From Candidatus Cybelea sp. (GTDB lineage Bacteria; Acidobacteriota; Terriglobia; Acidiferrales; UBA7541): a DNA stretch of 64,000 nucleotides. Shown here in pieces: positions 9,363-21,371 of this stretch. The stretch is from NCBI GenBank assembly GCA_035603235.1, contig DATNKU010000032.1, positions 2,249 through 66,248 of the forward strand. The letters run 5' to 3'. Made by a program: the position numbers and the translations under genes. Below the pieces are notes generated by a model. It saw only the letters and a program-made list of their open reading frames with translations. It made no database searches and was not told the origin of the DNA. The first letter of the stretch is position 1. Each line of letters opens with the position of its first letter.

Positions 9363-10478
9363 GTGGCGAAACAGCCGGGGAAACGAAACCTGAGCCGGAG
9401 CGGGCCCGAAGCAAGACTGGGCCGGCTCCGGCTTTCCTTTTCCGGCCTCGGCGTCGACGCCCTCCTGGTGACGCATCTTCCCAACATTAGGTATCTGTGC
9501 GGTTTCACCGGGAGTGCCGGACTGCTTCTGGTCGATTCGTCGCAAGCGACGCTGTTTACCGACAGCAGGTACACGTTCCAGACGCGCCAGGAGGTCTCGG
9601 GCGCGCGTGTGCAGATCTGCAAGCATGGGCTTATCCGTGCAGCAGCCGAGGTGCTGCGCGCCCGCAGGGGGCGCTCCCGTGTGGGCTATTCCTCAAGTCA
9701 GGTCACAATCGCCCAGAAACAGGCGCTTGACCAGGGGTCGGGCAGTCGGGTGCGGTGGGCGAGTGATAAAGGCGCGGTCGAGAAGCTTCGGGCCATAAAA
9801 GACGCTGGTGAGCTGGCTATTCTTCAGGACGCCGCGGACATCATCAGCGCCGTATTCCGCCGGGTGCAGGGCAAGATTCACGCCGGGGTCACCGAGCTTT
9901 CAGTCGCAGCCTCAATCGACTACGAAATCAAGCGCCTGGGCGGGTCGGGGAACTCCTTTGAAACCATCGTCGCAAGCGGAGAGCGATCGGCCTGGGCACA
10001 TGCCCGGCCAACCTCAAAGCTGATCGGGAAAAACGAATTGGTCGTGCTGGATCAGGGTGCTATACTCGCCGGCTATTGCAGCGACCTAACCCGTTCAGTA
10101 TTTGTGGGGAAGGCGTCGCGGAAGGTCAAAAGCCTCTACGCTGCCGTCCTGGAGGCGCAGGAGGCGGGGAAGCAGGCCATTCGCCCGGGAGTAACGTCCG
10201 GTGACGTCGATCGGGCCACGCGAAACGCCTTAAAGACGGCCAAGCTGGACCGGTATTTTACCCACAGCACAGGCCACGGGTTAGGCCTGGAAGTGCACGA
10301 GATGCCCCGGCTGGGCAAGGGTGAGGGGACGATTCTTGAGGCGGGGATGGTCCTGACAGTCGAACCTGGCGTGTACCTTGAGGGGTTTGGGGGCATCCGC
10401 ATCGAGGACGACGTTGTGGTCACCTCCAGAGGGGCCGTTGATCTGACGACTGCGCCCCGAGACTTTATCGAACTCTAA
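9363..10478 (+). CDS. M24-family Xaa-Pro aminopeptidase
   Basis: 371 aa with a GTG start. Creatinase-like N-domain plus the pita-bread core, with metal ligand blocks [28 protein letters not shown] and [13 protein letters not shown]. Confidence 0.85.
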   Translation: MAKQPGKRNLSRSGPEARLGRLRLSFSGLGVDALLVTHLPNIRYLCGFTGSAGLLLVDSSQATLFTDSRYTFQTRQEVSGARVQICKHGLIRAAAEVLRARRGRSRVGYSSSQVTIAQKQALDQGSGSRVRWASDKGAVEKLRAIKDAGELAILQDAADIISAVFRRVQGKIHAGVTELSVAASIDYEIKRLGGSGNSFETIVASGERSAWAHARPTSKLIGKNELVVLDQGAILAGYCSDLTRSVFVGKASRKVKSLYAAVLEAQEAGKQAIRPGVTSGDVDRATRNALKTAKLDRYFTHSTGHGLGLEVHEMPRLGKGEGTILEAGMVLTVEPGVYLEGFGGIRIEDDVVVTSRGAVDLTTAPRDFIEL

Positions 10479-10480
10479 AA

Positions 10481-11008
10481 ATGGCGAAGAAATCGAAACC
10501 TAAACCTGCGGGCGCAACCCCCTCCGGCGGCGTGGACCTGAGTGAGGCCAAGCGCCTACTAGCATTTATGGAAGAGCATGGCCTGGAAGAATTTGAATAC
10601 ACGCGCGGCGGAGTACATCTCCGACTCAAGAAAGCTTCGTTCGGTGCCTCGGCCGCTCCCCGAACTCAAGCTTGGGAGCCGCCTCCGACCTCCCACAGCC
10701 CCGTTGCCGAAGCACCGCGGCCTGCGGCGGGCCACGCAGCCGCCCCGCCGGCATCAGACGTCCACGTGATCAAATCGCCCATTGTGGGCACCTTTTATGC
10801 CTCACCCAGTCCCACCGCGGATGCGTTTGTCTCGGTCGGTGCACGCGTCGAGCCGGGCCAGGTGCTCTGCATTATCGAGGCCATGAAGCTGATGAATGAA
10901 ATCGAGTCCGATGTCGCTGGCGAAGTCGTACAGGTGTTCGTTGAGAACGGCAAGCCGGTCGAATACGGCGAGTCGCTGTTCGGCATTCGGGCGCGCGCCA
11001 AGAAGTAG
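10481..11008 (+). CDS. accB: acetyl-CoA carboxylase biotin carboxyl carrier protein
   Basis: 175 aa. Pro/Ala linker and the biotinyl-lysine motif [13 protein letters not shown]. Lies directly upstream of accC. Confidence 0.9.
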   Translation: MAKKSKPKPAGATPSGGVDLSEAKRLLAFMEEHGLEEFEYTRGGVHLRLKKASFGASAAPRTQAWEPPPTSHSPVAEAPRPAAGHAAAPPASDVHVIKSPIVGTFYASPSPTADAFVSVGARVEPGQVLCIIEAMKLMNEIESDVAGEVVQVFVENGKPVEYGESLFGIRARAKK

Positions 11009-11083
11009 CTTTTTCGCCGGTTGCCGTCTGAGCCGGCTAGGTCCTGGCAGTCCCCGCTGCATGCGAATCGAGTCCCAGACGCC

Positions 11084-12433
<1,350 letters not shown>

Positions 12434-12486
12434 TATCCTTCGCCGGAAGCTCGCCTGTCCGCACCCGGCACCCTGGGAGGCAGCGA

Positions 12487-13119
12487 TTGTTCCCGGCTCT
12501 GTACGCCATCCTTGATCCCGAGGTCGCGCCCCTGCCCCTTGCGACCGTTGCCGGCACATTGTTCGACGCGGGTGTGCAATTGATGCAGCTCCGCGACAAA
12601 CGCTCGTCTCCAGCGCAACTCTATTCCCAGGCAAGCGAGCTGCAGGCACTGTCGCTCGCCCGTGGTGGCCGATTCATCCTCAACGATCGGCCCGACATCG
12701 CAGCGATGACCGGTTGCGGCGGCGTCCACGTGGGCCAGGAAGATCTCCCCCCCGAGGAAGCCCGGAGGATTTGCGGACCCTCGCGCTGGGTAGGCGTTTC
12801 GACACACAATCTTAAGCAATTGCGCGAGGCCGACCTCACTTCGGTGGACTATATTGCCGTGGGACCTATTTTCCCTACAGCCACGAAGGAGAATCCCGAC
12901 CCGGTGGTCGGACTGGAATTCCTTCGCGCGGCACGCGGGCTGACCCGGAAACCGCTGGTGGCCATAGGCGGCATTGCAATCGCGTCGGCCGCGGACGTGT
13001 TCCGCGCCGGCGCAGATTCGATTGCCGTTATCCGGGACCTTCTTGCTGCGCCCGATCCCGGAATGCGGGCCAGGGAATTCCTGGCCATAGCGGAACGGTC
13101 GCGGACAGTCCGCGGCTAG
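12487..13119 (+). CDS. thiE: thiamine-phosphate synthase
   Basis: 210 aa with a TTG start. LYAILD, LRDK, VHVGQEDL, VGVSTH and AIGGI blocks are typical of ThiE. Confidence 0.85.
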   Translation: MFPALYAILDPEVAPLPLATVAGTLFDAGVQLMQLRDKRSSPAQLYSQASELQALSLARGGRFILNDRPDIAAMTGCGGVHVGQEDLPPEEARRICGPSRWVGVSTHNLKQLREADLTSVDYIAVGPIFPTATKENPDPVVGLEFLRAARGLTRKPLVAIGGIAIASAADVFRAGADSIAVIRDLLAAPDPGMRAREFLAIAERSRTVRG

Positions 13120-13143
13120 GCGCCACACCATTGATTGGCCCAG

Positions 13144-14682
13144 ATGGCAGACAGCCGACAAGTCATCGATAACCCCGCCGCTCGGTCCTCGGGCGAACTG
13201 GTCAAAGGACTCGGCCTGTTTGATTCGACGATGATCGTCGTCGGCTCGATGATCGGCTCCGGGATTTTCATCGTTTCAGCCGACATCGCACACCAGGTCC
13301 AGAGCCCGGGACTTCTGCTGGTCGTCTGGCTCGCTTCCGGATTAATCACGCTGATCGGCGCACTCAGCTTCGGCGAGCTCGCCGCGGCCATGCCTCACGC
13401 GGGCGGCCAGTATGTCTACCTCCGAGAATCCTGCGGGCAGGTTTTCGGCTTTCTTTACGGCTGGAGCATGCTCCTGGTCATTCAGACTGCGACGATTGCT
13501 GCGGTGGCCATCGCCTTCGCCAAGTTTTCAGGAGTGATCGCGCCTTGGTTTTCCGCTTCCCACTGGATATGGAAGATCGCCACGCTCGGGCCCTGGAACC
13601 TGTGGTTCGGGCAGCTCGGACCCTACAACGTGGGCCTGAACAGGCAGAATCTTCTGGCAATTCTTTCCATCGTCCTGCTCACCTGGATCAATACGCGCGG
13701 CTTGCGACTTGGAAAAATCGTCCAGAATGTCTTTACGGTAGCAAAGACGATCTCGCTTGCCGGCCTGGTCCTGCTGGGCGTGCTGTTTTCGACCACGATT
13801 GCCCGTAACGTGAACTTCACCGGCTTCTGGCGGAATGCCGGGTGGTCCACACTGCATCCCTATCCCCCCGACGCTCCGACGTGGATGATTGCGACGATCA
13901 CACTGGTGGGGGTTGCCATGGTGGGTTCGCTTTTTTCCATGGACGCGTGGAACAGCATTACGTTCACCGCAGCCGAAGTGAAAAATCCAGGGCGCAATCT
14001 CCCGGTTTCGCTCGCCCTGGGCACCGCAATCGTTGTTTTTCTGTATACCCTGGCAAATGTCGCGTATCTGCGCGTTTTGCCGCTTGCGGGCGATCCGCAC
14101 GGCGCGACGGCGATTGCGCGGGGCATCGAATTTGCCGCCGAGAGCCGGGTCGCGACAGCGGTCGCAGAAGTAATTTTCGGGCCGGCGGGCGCGATCGTTA
14201 TGGCGGTTGCGATCCTGGTTTCCACCTTTGGCTGCAACAATGGGTTGATTCTTGCCGGCGCGCGGATATATTACGCCATGGCGAAGGACGGCCTGTTCTT
14301 CAGGTCCGTGGGTACGGTCAACCGCAACCACGTTCCTGCGGTCGCACTCGTCGCGCAATGCATCTGGGCATCAGCGCTCTGTCTTTCAGGAACCTACGGT
14401 CAATTGCTCGATTTCCTGATATTCGCTCAATTGCTTTTCTATATCCTGACGCTCGCGGGCCTGTTTATCCTGCGCTGGAGACGCCCCGACATGCCGCGTC
14501 CTTACCGCGCGATCGGCTATCCCGTCCTGCCTGCGCTCTACATTCTGATAGCGGGGTTTCTTGAAATCCAGTTGTTGCGATATAAACCGCAGTACACTTG
14601 GCCCGGCCTGATCATCGTTCTCGTCGGACTGCCGGTCTACGGCCTGTGGAAGCTTGGGGCAAAGCAGCCAGTGAAGTCCTAA
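13144..14682 (+). CDS. APC-superfamily amino acid permease
   Basis: About 512 aa and 12 predicted hydrophobic helices. The N-terminal block GLFDSTMIVVGSMIGSGIF is typical of APC transporters. ATG at 13144 is preferred over TTG at 13135. Confidence 0.8.
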   Translation: MADSRQVIDNPAARSSGELVKGLGLFDSTMIVVGSMIGSGIFIVSADIAHQVQSPGLLLVVWLASGLITLIGALSFGELAAAMPHAGGQYVYLRESCGQVFGFLYGWSMLLVIQTATIAAVAIAFAKFSGVIAPWFSASHWIWKIATLGPWNLWFGQLGPYNVGLNRQNLLAILSIVLLTWINTRGLRLGKIVQNVFTVAKTISLAGLVLLGVLFSTTIARNVNFTGFWRNAGWSTLHPYPPDAPTWMIATITLVGVAMVGSLFSMDAWNSITFTAAEVKNPGRNLPVSLALGTAIVVFLYTLANVAYLRVLPLAGDPHGATAIARGIEFAAESRVATAVAEVIFGPAGAIVMAVAILVSTFGCNNGLILAGARIYYAMAKDGLFFRSVGTVNRNHVPAVALVAQCIWASALCLSGTYGQLLDFLIFAQLLFYILTLAGLFILRWRRPDMPRPYRAIGYPVLPALYILIAGFLEIQLLRYKPQYTWPGLIIVLVGLPVYGLWKLGAKQPVKS

Positions 14683-14700
14683 CTGGGAGGGTTTTTGGGA

Positions 14701-16299
14701 ATGGCCAATTCGTTATTCGCATGTAAACCGATGGACTGGCTGCTGAATGAGGCCAAGGAAGTCGGCGCTCATTCTCTCAAACGCACGCTCGGACCGATTT
14801 CACTGACGGCGCTCGGAGTCGGCGCGGTGATCGGCGCAGGAATATTTGTTCTCTCGGGCTTGGGCGCGCAATACGCCGGACCCGGCTTGATGCTTTCCTT
14901 TGTAATTTCCGGAATGGGCTGCGCTTTCGCAGGGCTATGCTATGCCGAATTCGCCGCCATGATCCCTCTTGCTGGCAGCGCTTACACCTACGCGTACGCC
15001 GCTCTGGGAGAGTTTCTTGCGTGGATTATCGGCTGGGACCTCACGCTTGAATACGCCATGGGCGCAAGTACGGTCTCCTCCGGCTGGTCAAACCATTTCA
15101 TCGAGTTCCTGAACATCTTCGGGCTCAAGATGCCGCTTTGGCTCGCCTATGACCGCTGGACGGCACTGCGCACGGCAGAAAATATTGTCGCCCGGCAGAT
15201 GGCCCACGCCGCAAATCCCGATCTGGTAACCACGACGCAGGCGTTCCTGAACAAGGTCGGCGATATGATGGCCGGCCAGTCTCCGGAACTGATTCAACGC
15301 GCGCACGATCTGGTCGGCGCTCCGCACATGTTCGGTGTCGAGATCGGCTTCAATCTTCCCGCATTCCTGATCGCTATGGTCATTACCGCGATTCTTGTCG
15401 TGGGAATCAAGGAAAGCGCGGCATTCAATTCGACGATCGTGATCATCAAAGTCTCCGTCGTCTTGTTCGTCATCATTCTCGGCGTGCATTACGTGCATCG
15501 GTCGAACTGGGGTCATGACTGGGCTTCGTTTGCGCCCATGGGTTTTTCAGGCATTGGGGCGGGAGCCGCCTACATCTTTTTTGCGTATATCGGGTTTGAC
15601 GCAGTCTCAACAACGGCCCAGGAAGCCAAGAATCCTCAGCGCGACCTGCCCATCGGACTGATCGTCTCGCTTCTGGTTTGCACGGTTCTCTATATTCTGG
15701 TCGCGGCCGTACTCACGGGTATGGTGCCGTGGCGGGAAATCAACGTGGAGGCGCCGCTGGCCGTCGCGTTCATGGACCGCGGACTTACCCAGGCGTCCTA
15801 TCTGATCACGGCAGGGGCACTTGCCGGCCTTACCAGCGTGATGCTGGTAATGCTGCTTGGCCAGACACGCGTGCTCTATGCCATGGCCTGCGACGGCCTT
15901 CTCCCGCGGAAGTTTTTTGCCGCAATCCATCCCAGGTTTCGTACACCCTACAAGAGCACGATACTCGTGGGTTTTCTTGCAGCCATCGTCGGAAGCCTGG
16001 TCCCGATCGACGATATCGGAAAAATGGTGAACATTGGCACGCTGCTCGCGTTCGTGATCGTATGCATCGCTGTCATGGTTCTGCGCCGCACCAATCCCAG
16101 CCAGGCGCGGCCATTTCGCACACCCTGGGTTCCGCTGGTTCCGCTGCTTGGCATCGTGTTCAACGGCTACATGATGTACAAGCTCGGATGGATCAACTGG
16201 GCCCGGTTAATCATCTGGCTCGTGATCGGTCTGGTGATCTACTTCTGCTACAGCCGTCAACACAGTCTGGTCCAGAAGGGCGACCGCACCGCGCGTTAA
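14701..16299 (+). CDS. APC-superfamily (cationic amino acid transporter-like) permease
   Basis: About 532 aa and polytopic. Blocks LGVGAVIGAGIFVLSG and FFAYIGFDAVSTTAQEAKNPQRDLP are typical of the CAT subfamily. Confidence 0.8.
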   Translation: MANSLFACKPMDWLLNEAKEVGAHSLKRTLGPISLTALGVGAVIGAGIFVLSGLGAQYAGPGLMLSFVISGMGCAFAGLCYAEFAAMIPLAGSAYTYAYAALGEFLAWIIGWDLTLEYAMGASTVSSGWSNHFIEFLNIFGLKMPLWLAYDRWTALRTAENIVARQMAHAANPDLVTTTQAFLNKVGDMMAGQSPELIQRAHDLVGAPHMFGVEIGFNLPAFLIAMVITAILVVGIKESAAFNSTIVIIKVSVVLFVIILGVHYVHRSNWGHDWASFAPMGFSGIGAGAAYIFFAYIGFDAVSTTAQEAKNPQRDLPIGLIVSLLVCTVLYILVAAVLTGMVPWREINVEAPLAVAFMDRGLTQASYLITAGALAGLTSVMLVMLLGQTRVLYAMACDGLLPRKFFAAIHPRFRTPYKSTILVGFLAAIVGSLVPIDDIGKMVNIGTLLAFVIVCIAVMVLRRTNPSQARPFRTPWVPLVPLLGIVFNGYMMYKLGWINWARLIIWLVIGLVIYFCYSRQHSLVQKGDRTAR

Positions 16300-16350
16300 T
16301 CCGTGATAAATTCCCAACTTGGCTCTCGATAGGCGTACGCGGGTTGCTGC

Positions 16351-18372
16351 GTGCCGCGTAGTTCGAAGCCGGCTCCCATGACGCCCTTCTCCGCGCGACG
16401 ATTCTGGTACTTCCTCAGGCGCACGACGCCGCTTGACCGCGTGTCCCTGGGGATTCTCGTCGTCTACATCGTCGCACGCACGGCGCGCGCCTTCGGTGCC
16501 GCCCCCCGGTTTTCGACGCTTTTGGGGTTTCTGTGCTTCGCAGCGGTGGTCTACTTTGTTCTGCGGCTGGTTCCATTCGTCCGCACGCGGGTGCTCTGGA
16601 GTCTGCGAAACCGCCTCATCGTCGCCTACCTGTTCATGGCTGTCGTTCCCGTCGTCCTGCTGGTGAGCATGATCGGGATCGCCACCTATCTTTTCTATCT
16701 TCAGCTCGGCGCGCACCTGCTCAATGACGCGGTCGAGTCGCGTACCAACGTGATCGATACCGACGCGGATACGATCGCTGGCGCAATCGAACGGGAAGCC
16801 TCCCAAATGAAGGTTCCCGTCAGCCCAAGCGTGCTATCCCGACCGGTGATCGCCGGTTTGATTGCGGACGAGCAAACCGAATGGCCGGGGCTAACCGTTT
16901 CGGTGAACCGCGGGCAGCCGTTGCTTGCGACCACAGACGGAAAACGCTTTGCGCGCATGGTGGCTTACCAGGATCAGCTGTCCTTCGTCGCGGCACAGCG
17001 TCGGAGCGTACCCGCCGGTTCCTTCACCGTGCTGGTGATCGCACCGATGACCTCGGAAGTCCTCGACGACTTTCCCGAGGAGTTGGGACCGATTCAAATG
17101 ATTCTGATGCGGCCGCTCGCGCCGGGAGCGACGCGCGCTTTCTCAATCGAGATCAATGACAAGCCTTTCGTCCCCGGCGAGCAGATCGCGAGCTCCAAAC
17201 GCACCCTGCCTTCCACCCGAGGTTGGTTTGACCCGCATTTCCACGGAAGTTCGACCTTTGACGTCTTCCACATCGAAGAGCCGGGGCGGGACGCGCCGAA
17301 GGCGCCGGTTCTGGCTTCGTTCTGGCTGCGTCCCGTATTGGTGAATCAGGGTCTGTTCAACTCCATGGGTGCGCTGGGACCCTATCTCATCGCGATCCTT
17401 GCCGCGGCCGGCCTGATATTCCTGGTCCTGGAAATTGCGGCGCTTGCGACCGGCACAGTGCTGACCCGCACGATCACACGCTCGGTAGGCGATCTGTACG
17501 ACGCCACGCTGCACGTCCGCCGCGGTGATTTCGGCCATCGCGTGCGCGTCGCCAATCGCGACCAGCTCGGAGCGCTCGGTGAGTCGTTCAACGAAATGAC
17601 GAGCTCGATCTCCGAACTCATCGAGGGGCAGCGCGAGCGCCAGCGCCTCGAGAACGAAGTCGAAATCGCCCGCGAGGTTCAGCAGCAGCTTTTCCCACGT
17701 ACGATTCCGTCGCTTCCGGGTCTGGAGCTTGCCGGCATCTGTCGGCCCGCCCGCGTGGTAAGCGGCGACTATTACGATTTCATCCCGCTCGACGGCACCC
17801 GCGTGGGCATCGCACTCGCCGACATCAGCGGCAAGGGCATCTTCGCCGCGCTCCTGATGGCCAGCCTGCAGGCGGCACTGCGAAGCACGGCGTCGCTTGA
17901 AGCGAGCGCCGGCTCAGCCGAGATCGTCTCCCGGCTGAACAAGCATCTGTTCAGGAACACGTCGGACGACCGCTACGCCACGCTTTTCTACGCCGTCTAC
18001 GACTCACAAGCCAAAACGCTTACCTACACCAACGCCGGTCACCTGGCCCCATTCTTTGTGGAGCGTGGATCGGTCAAGTCTCTTGACCAAGGCGGAACCG
18101 TCGTCGGGATGTTTGAAGAATCTGTCTATACGGAAAGCACTCTTTCGGTTGGGCCGGGAACGCTTCTGGTGGCTTTCAGCGACGGCCTGACCGAACCTGA
18201 AAGCGTGTACGGCGAGGAATTTGGAATGGAGCGCTTAAATGCTGAAGTGCTCCGCCTGCGCGATGCCCGCGCCGCACGCATCGCCGAGAACCTCATTTCG
18301 GCCGCCGAACAGTGGGCCGGCACACCGGAACAGGCAGATGACATGACCGTCGTCGTCGCACGAATGGGCTAG
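16351..18372 (+). CDS. membrane-bound HAMP domain / PP2C (SpoIIE-type) serine phosphatase
   Basis: 673 aa. N-terminal TM helices, a large loop, a second TM, a HAMP segment (SVGDLYDATLHVRRGDFGHRV...LGESFNEMTSSI), then the SpoIIE core (SGDYYDF, ADISGKG, FSDGLTE). The start could instead be the ATG at 16378. Confidence 0.85.
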   Translation: MPRSSKPAPMTPFSARRFWYFLRRTTPLDRVSLGILVVYIVARTARAFGAAPRFSTLLGFLCFAAVVYFVLRLVPFVRTRVLWSLRNRLIVAYLFMAVVPVVLLVSMIGIATYLFYLQLGAHLLNDAVESRTNVIDTDADTIAGAIEREASQMKVPVSPSVLSRPVIAGLIADEQTEWPGLTVSVNRGQPLLATTDGKRFARMVAYQDQLSFVAAQRRSVPAGSFTVLVIAPMTSEVLDDFPEELGPIQMILMRPLAPGATRAFSIEINDKPFVPGEQIASSKRTLPSTRGWFDPHFHGSSTFDVFHIEEPGRDAPKAPVLASFWLRPVLVNQGLFNSMGALGPYLIAILAAAGLIFLVLEIAALATGTVLTRTITRSVGDLYDATLHVRRGDFGHRVRVANRDQLGALGESFNEMTSSISELIEGQRERQRLENEVEIAREVQQQLFPRTIPSLPGLELAGICRPARVVSGDYYDFIPLDGTRVGIALADISGKGIFAALLMASLQAALRSTASLEASAGSAEIVSRLNKHLFRNTSDDRYATLFYAVYDSQAKTLTYTNAGHLAPFFVERGSVKSLDQGGTVVGMFEESVYTESTLSVGPGTLLVAFSDGLTEPESVYGEEFGMERLNAEVLRLRDARAARIAENLISAAEQWAGTPEQADDMTVVVARMG

Positions 18373-18507
18373 CTTGGCCGCCGACCGACACGGTCCGCCG
18401 CTGGGACGGGTTGGAGGACCGGGCTCTCGCGCGGCTACCCAGGAATCCATGCAAAGGCCTTATACTGGCCCCGTCTGGATCTTTCGGTCGGGCCCCAACT
18501 CTTCGCT

Positions 18508-20085
18508 ATGAAAATTCTTACCGCAGCGGAAATGAAAGAAGTGGATCGCCTGACAACGGCGCGCCACCGCGTCCCCAGCCTGACCCTGATGGAAAACGCA
18601 GGGCGCAGTGTCGCTGAATTCATTCAGTCGCGCTTTTCGGATTTGGCGCATCGGCGCGTCGTGGTTCTGTGCGGCAAGGGAAATAATGGCGGCGACGGCT
18701 TCGTCGCTGCCCGCCACCTCGTAAAAATGGGTGCAAAGCCGGTCGTCTACTTCATCGGCGATCCGCGCGAAGTGAAGGGCGACGCTTCGACCAACCTCAA
18801 ACGCTGGAAAAAACTGGGCAAGCTTGTTGTTGACCGGGGGACTGGCGCGGGCGATTGGATGCCGCTCGCGCCCGACGGGATCATCGTCGACGCCCTGCTC
18901 GGAACCGGGGTGCGAGGTCCCATCGAGGGCCGCTTGCGCGAAGTGATTCTCGGTGTGAATGCCCTCGTGCCAGGCTCGAGTGTTGTTTCTGTAGATATTC
19001 CGTCCGGTTTGCATGCCGATACCGGCGACGTTCAAGGCGCTGCCATCGTCGCCGACTTCACGATTACCTTCACAGCTCCCAAGCCCGGAATGGTTCTCGG
19101 GCCGGGCGGTTCCTACGTGGGCGAGCTTGTCGTCCGGCAAATCGGCTCGCCGGCCGCGTTGATCGAGGAGATCGGCAAGCTCGGGCTGCGCTGGAGCGAA
19201 CCCTCCGAATTCGCAGGGTTCGCGGTTGGGCGCAAGGCCGCAGGCAACAAGGGGGATTATGGGCACGCCCTGGTCGTAGCAGGATCGCTAGGGAAGAGCG
19301 GCGCCGCAGTCCTGTCGTCCTGGGCGGCGCTGCGTTCCGGAGCCGGACTTGTCACCGTGGCAACGCCCGAACCCGTGCTTCCGATCGTTGCCGCCCACAC
19401 GCCGGAGATCATGACCGAACCCCTGGCCGCGACCACCGCGGGAACCGTCTCAGCGAGATGCCTTGAGGGCAGTCTCTTCGCGACGCTGCGGAAGGGCAAG
19501 CGGGCGCTTGCGATCGGACCCGGTCTTTCAACCAACGCCGAGACGCGGCAATTTGTGCGCACGGTCGTCGGGAATCGATCCGTTCCGATCATCCTCGATG
19601 CGGATGGCTTGAATGCATTTGCGGGCCATGCGCCGGATCTGAATCATCCCGATGGAGTTCTTTGCGTCACGCCGCATCCAGGCGAAATGGCGCGACTGCT
19701 GGGCGCGACGGCCAGGGATGTCCAGGCACGGCGCGTAGAAATCGCGCTTCAAACTGCCGCCGACTGGAACGCCATCGTGATTCTGAAGGGCAGCGGGACC
19801 GTCATCGCAGCCCCCGGAGGGCTCGCCTACATCAACTCGACCGGTAACCCTGGAATGGCCACAGGTGGCACGGGGGACGTGCTGACCGGCATGCTTGCCG
19901 GACTAACCGCGCAGTTCGGCACCGCCGATTGGCAGCGCCTGCTCGCCTTCGGCGTATACCTTCATGGCCTCGCGGCCGACATCCCCTATCGAGATAGCGG
20001 GGAGGCGCCGCTCATGGCATCGGATCTGATCCATGCTATCCCTCGCGCTTACCAGTCGTTCTATTCCGCGTGCGGCCGTGGCTAA
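18508..20085 (+). CDS. nnr: bifunctional NAD(P)H-hydrate epimerase / ADP-dependent dehydratase
   Basis: 525 aa. YjeF-N epimerase half (VVVLCGKGNNGGDGFVAARHL) plus the carbohydrate-kinase-like half (GDYGHALVVAGS..., GTGDVLTG). Confidence 0.9.
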   Translation: MKILTAAEMKEVDRLTTARHRVPSLTLMENAGRSVAEFIQSRFSDLAHRRVVVLCGKGNNGGDGFVAARHLVKMGAKPVVYFIGDPREVKGDASTNLKRWKKLGKLVVDRGTGAGDWMPLAPDGIIVDALLGTGVRGPIEGRLREVILGVNALVPGSSVVSVDIPSGLHADTGDVQGAAIVADFTITFTAPKPGMVLGPGGSYVGELVVRQIGSPAALIEEIGKLGLRWSEPSEFAGFAVGRKAAGNKGDYGHALVVAGSLGKSGAAVLSSWAALRSGAGLVTVATPEPVLPIVAAHTPEIMTEPLAATTAGTVSARCLEGSLFATLRKGKRALAIGPGLSTNAETRQFVRTVVGNRSVPIILDADGLNAFAGHAPDLNHPDGVLCVTPHPGEMARLLGATARDVQARRVEIALQTAADWNAIVILKGSGTVIAAPGGLAYINSTGNPGMATGGTGDVLTGMLAGLTAQFGTADWQRLLAFGVYLHGLAADIPYRDSGEAPLMASDLIHAIPRAYQSFYSACGRG

Positions 20086-20092
20086 CTCAAAG

Positions 20093-20551
20093 ATGTTCAC
20101 GCATTCCTTTGAAGAGACGATCCGGAGGGGGCGTGAAATCGGCTCGCAACTCAAGCCCCCGGTTCTGGTTTTGCTGTCCGGAGATCTTGGGGCAGGGAAG
20201 ACCACACTCACAAAGGGCATAGCGCGGGGCCTCGACGCCGCAAGCGAAGACGAAGTGACCAGCCCGACCTTCACCCTGGTCCATAAATACGACCGCGGCG
20301 TCCGGGTCTACCACGTCGACCTTTACCGCATCACCGATGTCCACGATCTTGAGACGCTGGGTCTGGAGGATGTGTTCGCCGAGCAGGCGGTCGTGATCGT
20401 TGAGTGGCCCGAGAAGCTTACGTGGCGTATCGGCTGGCCGGTCGTGCGGATTCATCTCGAGCACATCGCAGAAGATACGCGCGAAATTTCAATCGAGGAC
20501 CCCGCATCGATGCTCGGTGCGGGGCTGACACCAGCGCCTACAGACCCATAA
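20093..20551 (+). CDS. tsaE: tRNA threonylcarbamoyladenosine biosynthesis ATPase TsaE
   Basis: Track ORF 20033..20551 trimmed to the ATG at 20093. P-loop GDLGAGKTTLTKGIARGL, with SPTFTLVHKY and HVDLYR blocks. Confidence 0.85.
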   Translation: MFTHSFEETIRRGREIGSQLKPPVLVLLSGDLGAGKTTLTKGIARGLDAASEDEVTSPTFTLVHKYDRGVRVYHVDLYRITDVHDLETLGLEDVFAEQAVVIVEWPEKLTWRIGWPVVRIHLEHIAEDTREISIEDPASMLGAGLTPAPTDP

Positions 20552-21308
20552 TCTGGAATCCGGCGTCGACGTAAATCACATTCCCGGTAACGCCGCGCCC
20601 CAGGTCACTCCCCAGAAACACCGCCGCATCGGCGACTTCTGCGATGTCGGTATTGCGACGCAGCGGCGCCCGCTGCGCGGAAACCTCCAGCATCTTGGAA
20701 AGGTCCTTCACGCCGCGCGCTGAAATCGTCTTGATCGCACCCGCCGATATGGCATTGACGCGGATTTTGCTGGGCCCGAGCTCGCTTGCCAGATATTTCA
20801 CCTCGGCCTCAAGCGCAGCCTTGGCGACCCCCATGACGTTGTAGTTGGTTACCACGCGCGTGGACCCCAGATAGGTCAGCGTCATGATTGCGCCGCCGCT
20901 GGTCATCAGCGGGGAAAGGGCCTTGGAAATCGCAACCAGGGAATAGGCGCTGACGTCGAGCGCCAGCTGAAAACCCTCCCGCGACGTCTGCAGGAACGGC
21001 TGGTTCAGCTCCTCGTGTTTCGCCGCCGCAAGACTGTGCACGACGATATCGGGCCGATGTCCTGCAGCCTCAAGCGACACGGCCATCCGATCGATATCAG
21101 ACTGCTCCTGCACCTCGCACGGGAAAAACCCTGCGACGCCAAGTTCACGCCCCAAATCCTCGACCGCCGGCTTGGCGCGCTCGTTTTGATAGGTGAGCAG
21201 GAGCTTTGCGCCCTCGCGCGCAAACGCATGCGCGATCGCATAGGCGATGCTCCATTTGTTCCATACACCGAGAACAATTGCGGTTTTGCCCTGAAGCAGC
21301 TTTGACAT
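20538..21308 (-). CDS. fabI: enoyl-[acyl-carrier-protein] reductase (NADH), FabI type
   Basis: 256 aa. GKTAIVLGVWNKWSIAYAIAHAF dinucleotide-binding start, LTYLGS..Y..MGVAKAALE catalytic Tyr/Lys block and INAISAGAIKT. Confidence 0.9.
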   Translation of the reverse strand: MSKLLQGKTAIVLGVWNKWSIAYAIAHAFAREGAKLLLTYQNERAKPAVEDLGRELGVAGFFPCEVQEQSDIDRMAVSLEAAGHRPDIVVHSLAAAKHEELNQPFLQTSREGFQLALDVSAYSLVAISKALSPLMTSGGAIMTLTYLGSTRVVTNYNVMGVAKAALEAEVKYLASELGPSKIRVNAISAGAIKTISARGVKDLSKMLEVSAQRAPLRRNTDIAEVADAAVFLGSDLGRGVTGNVIYVDAGFQIMGL

Positions 21309-21371
21309 GACTCGACATTTTACCCGTAAACCCGGAATTCGGCGCCATCTTCGTTCGAGGCAGCCGGTCTG

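Noticed and set aside
12434-12486. TPP riboswitch expected upstream of thiE
   Set aside because: The gap is only 53 nt and lacks the CUGAGA and ACCUGAUCUGGAUAAUGCCAGCG-type elements. thiE is more likely read through from accC or from a short promoter.
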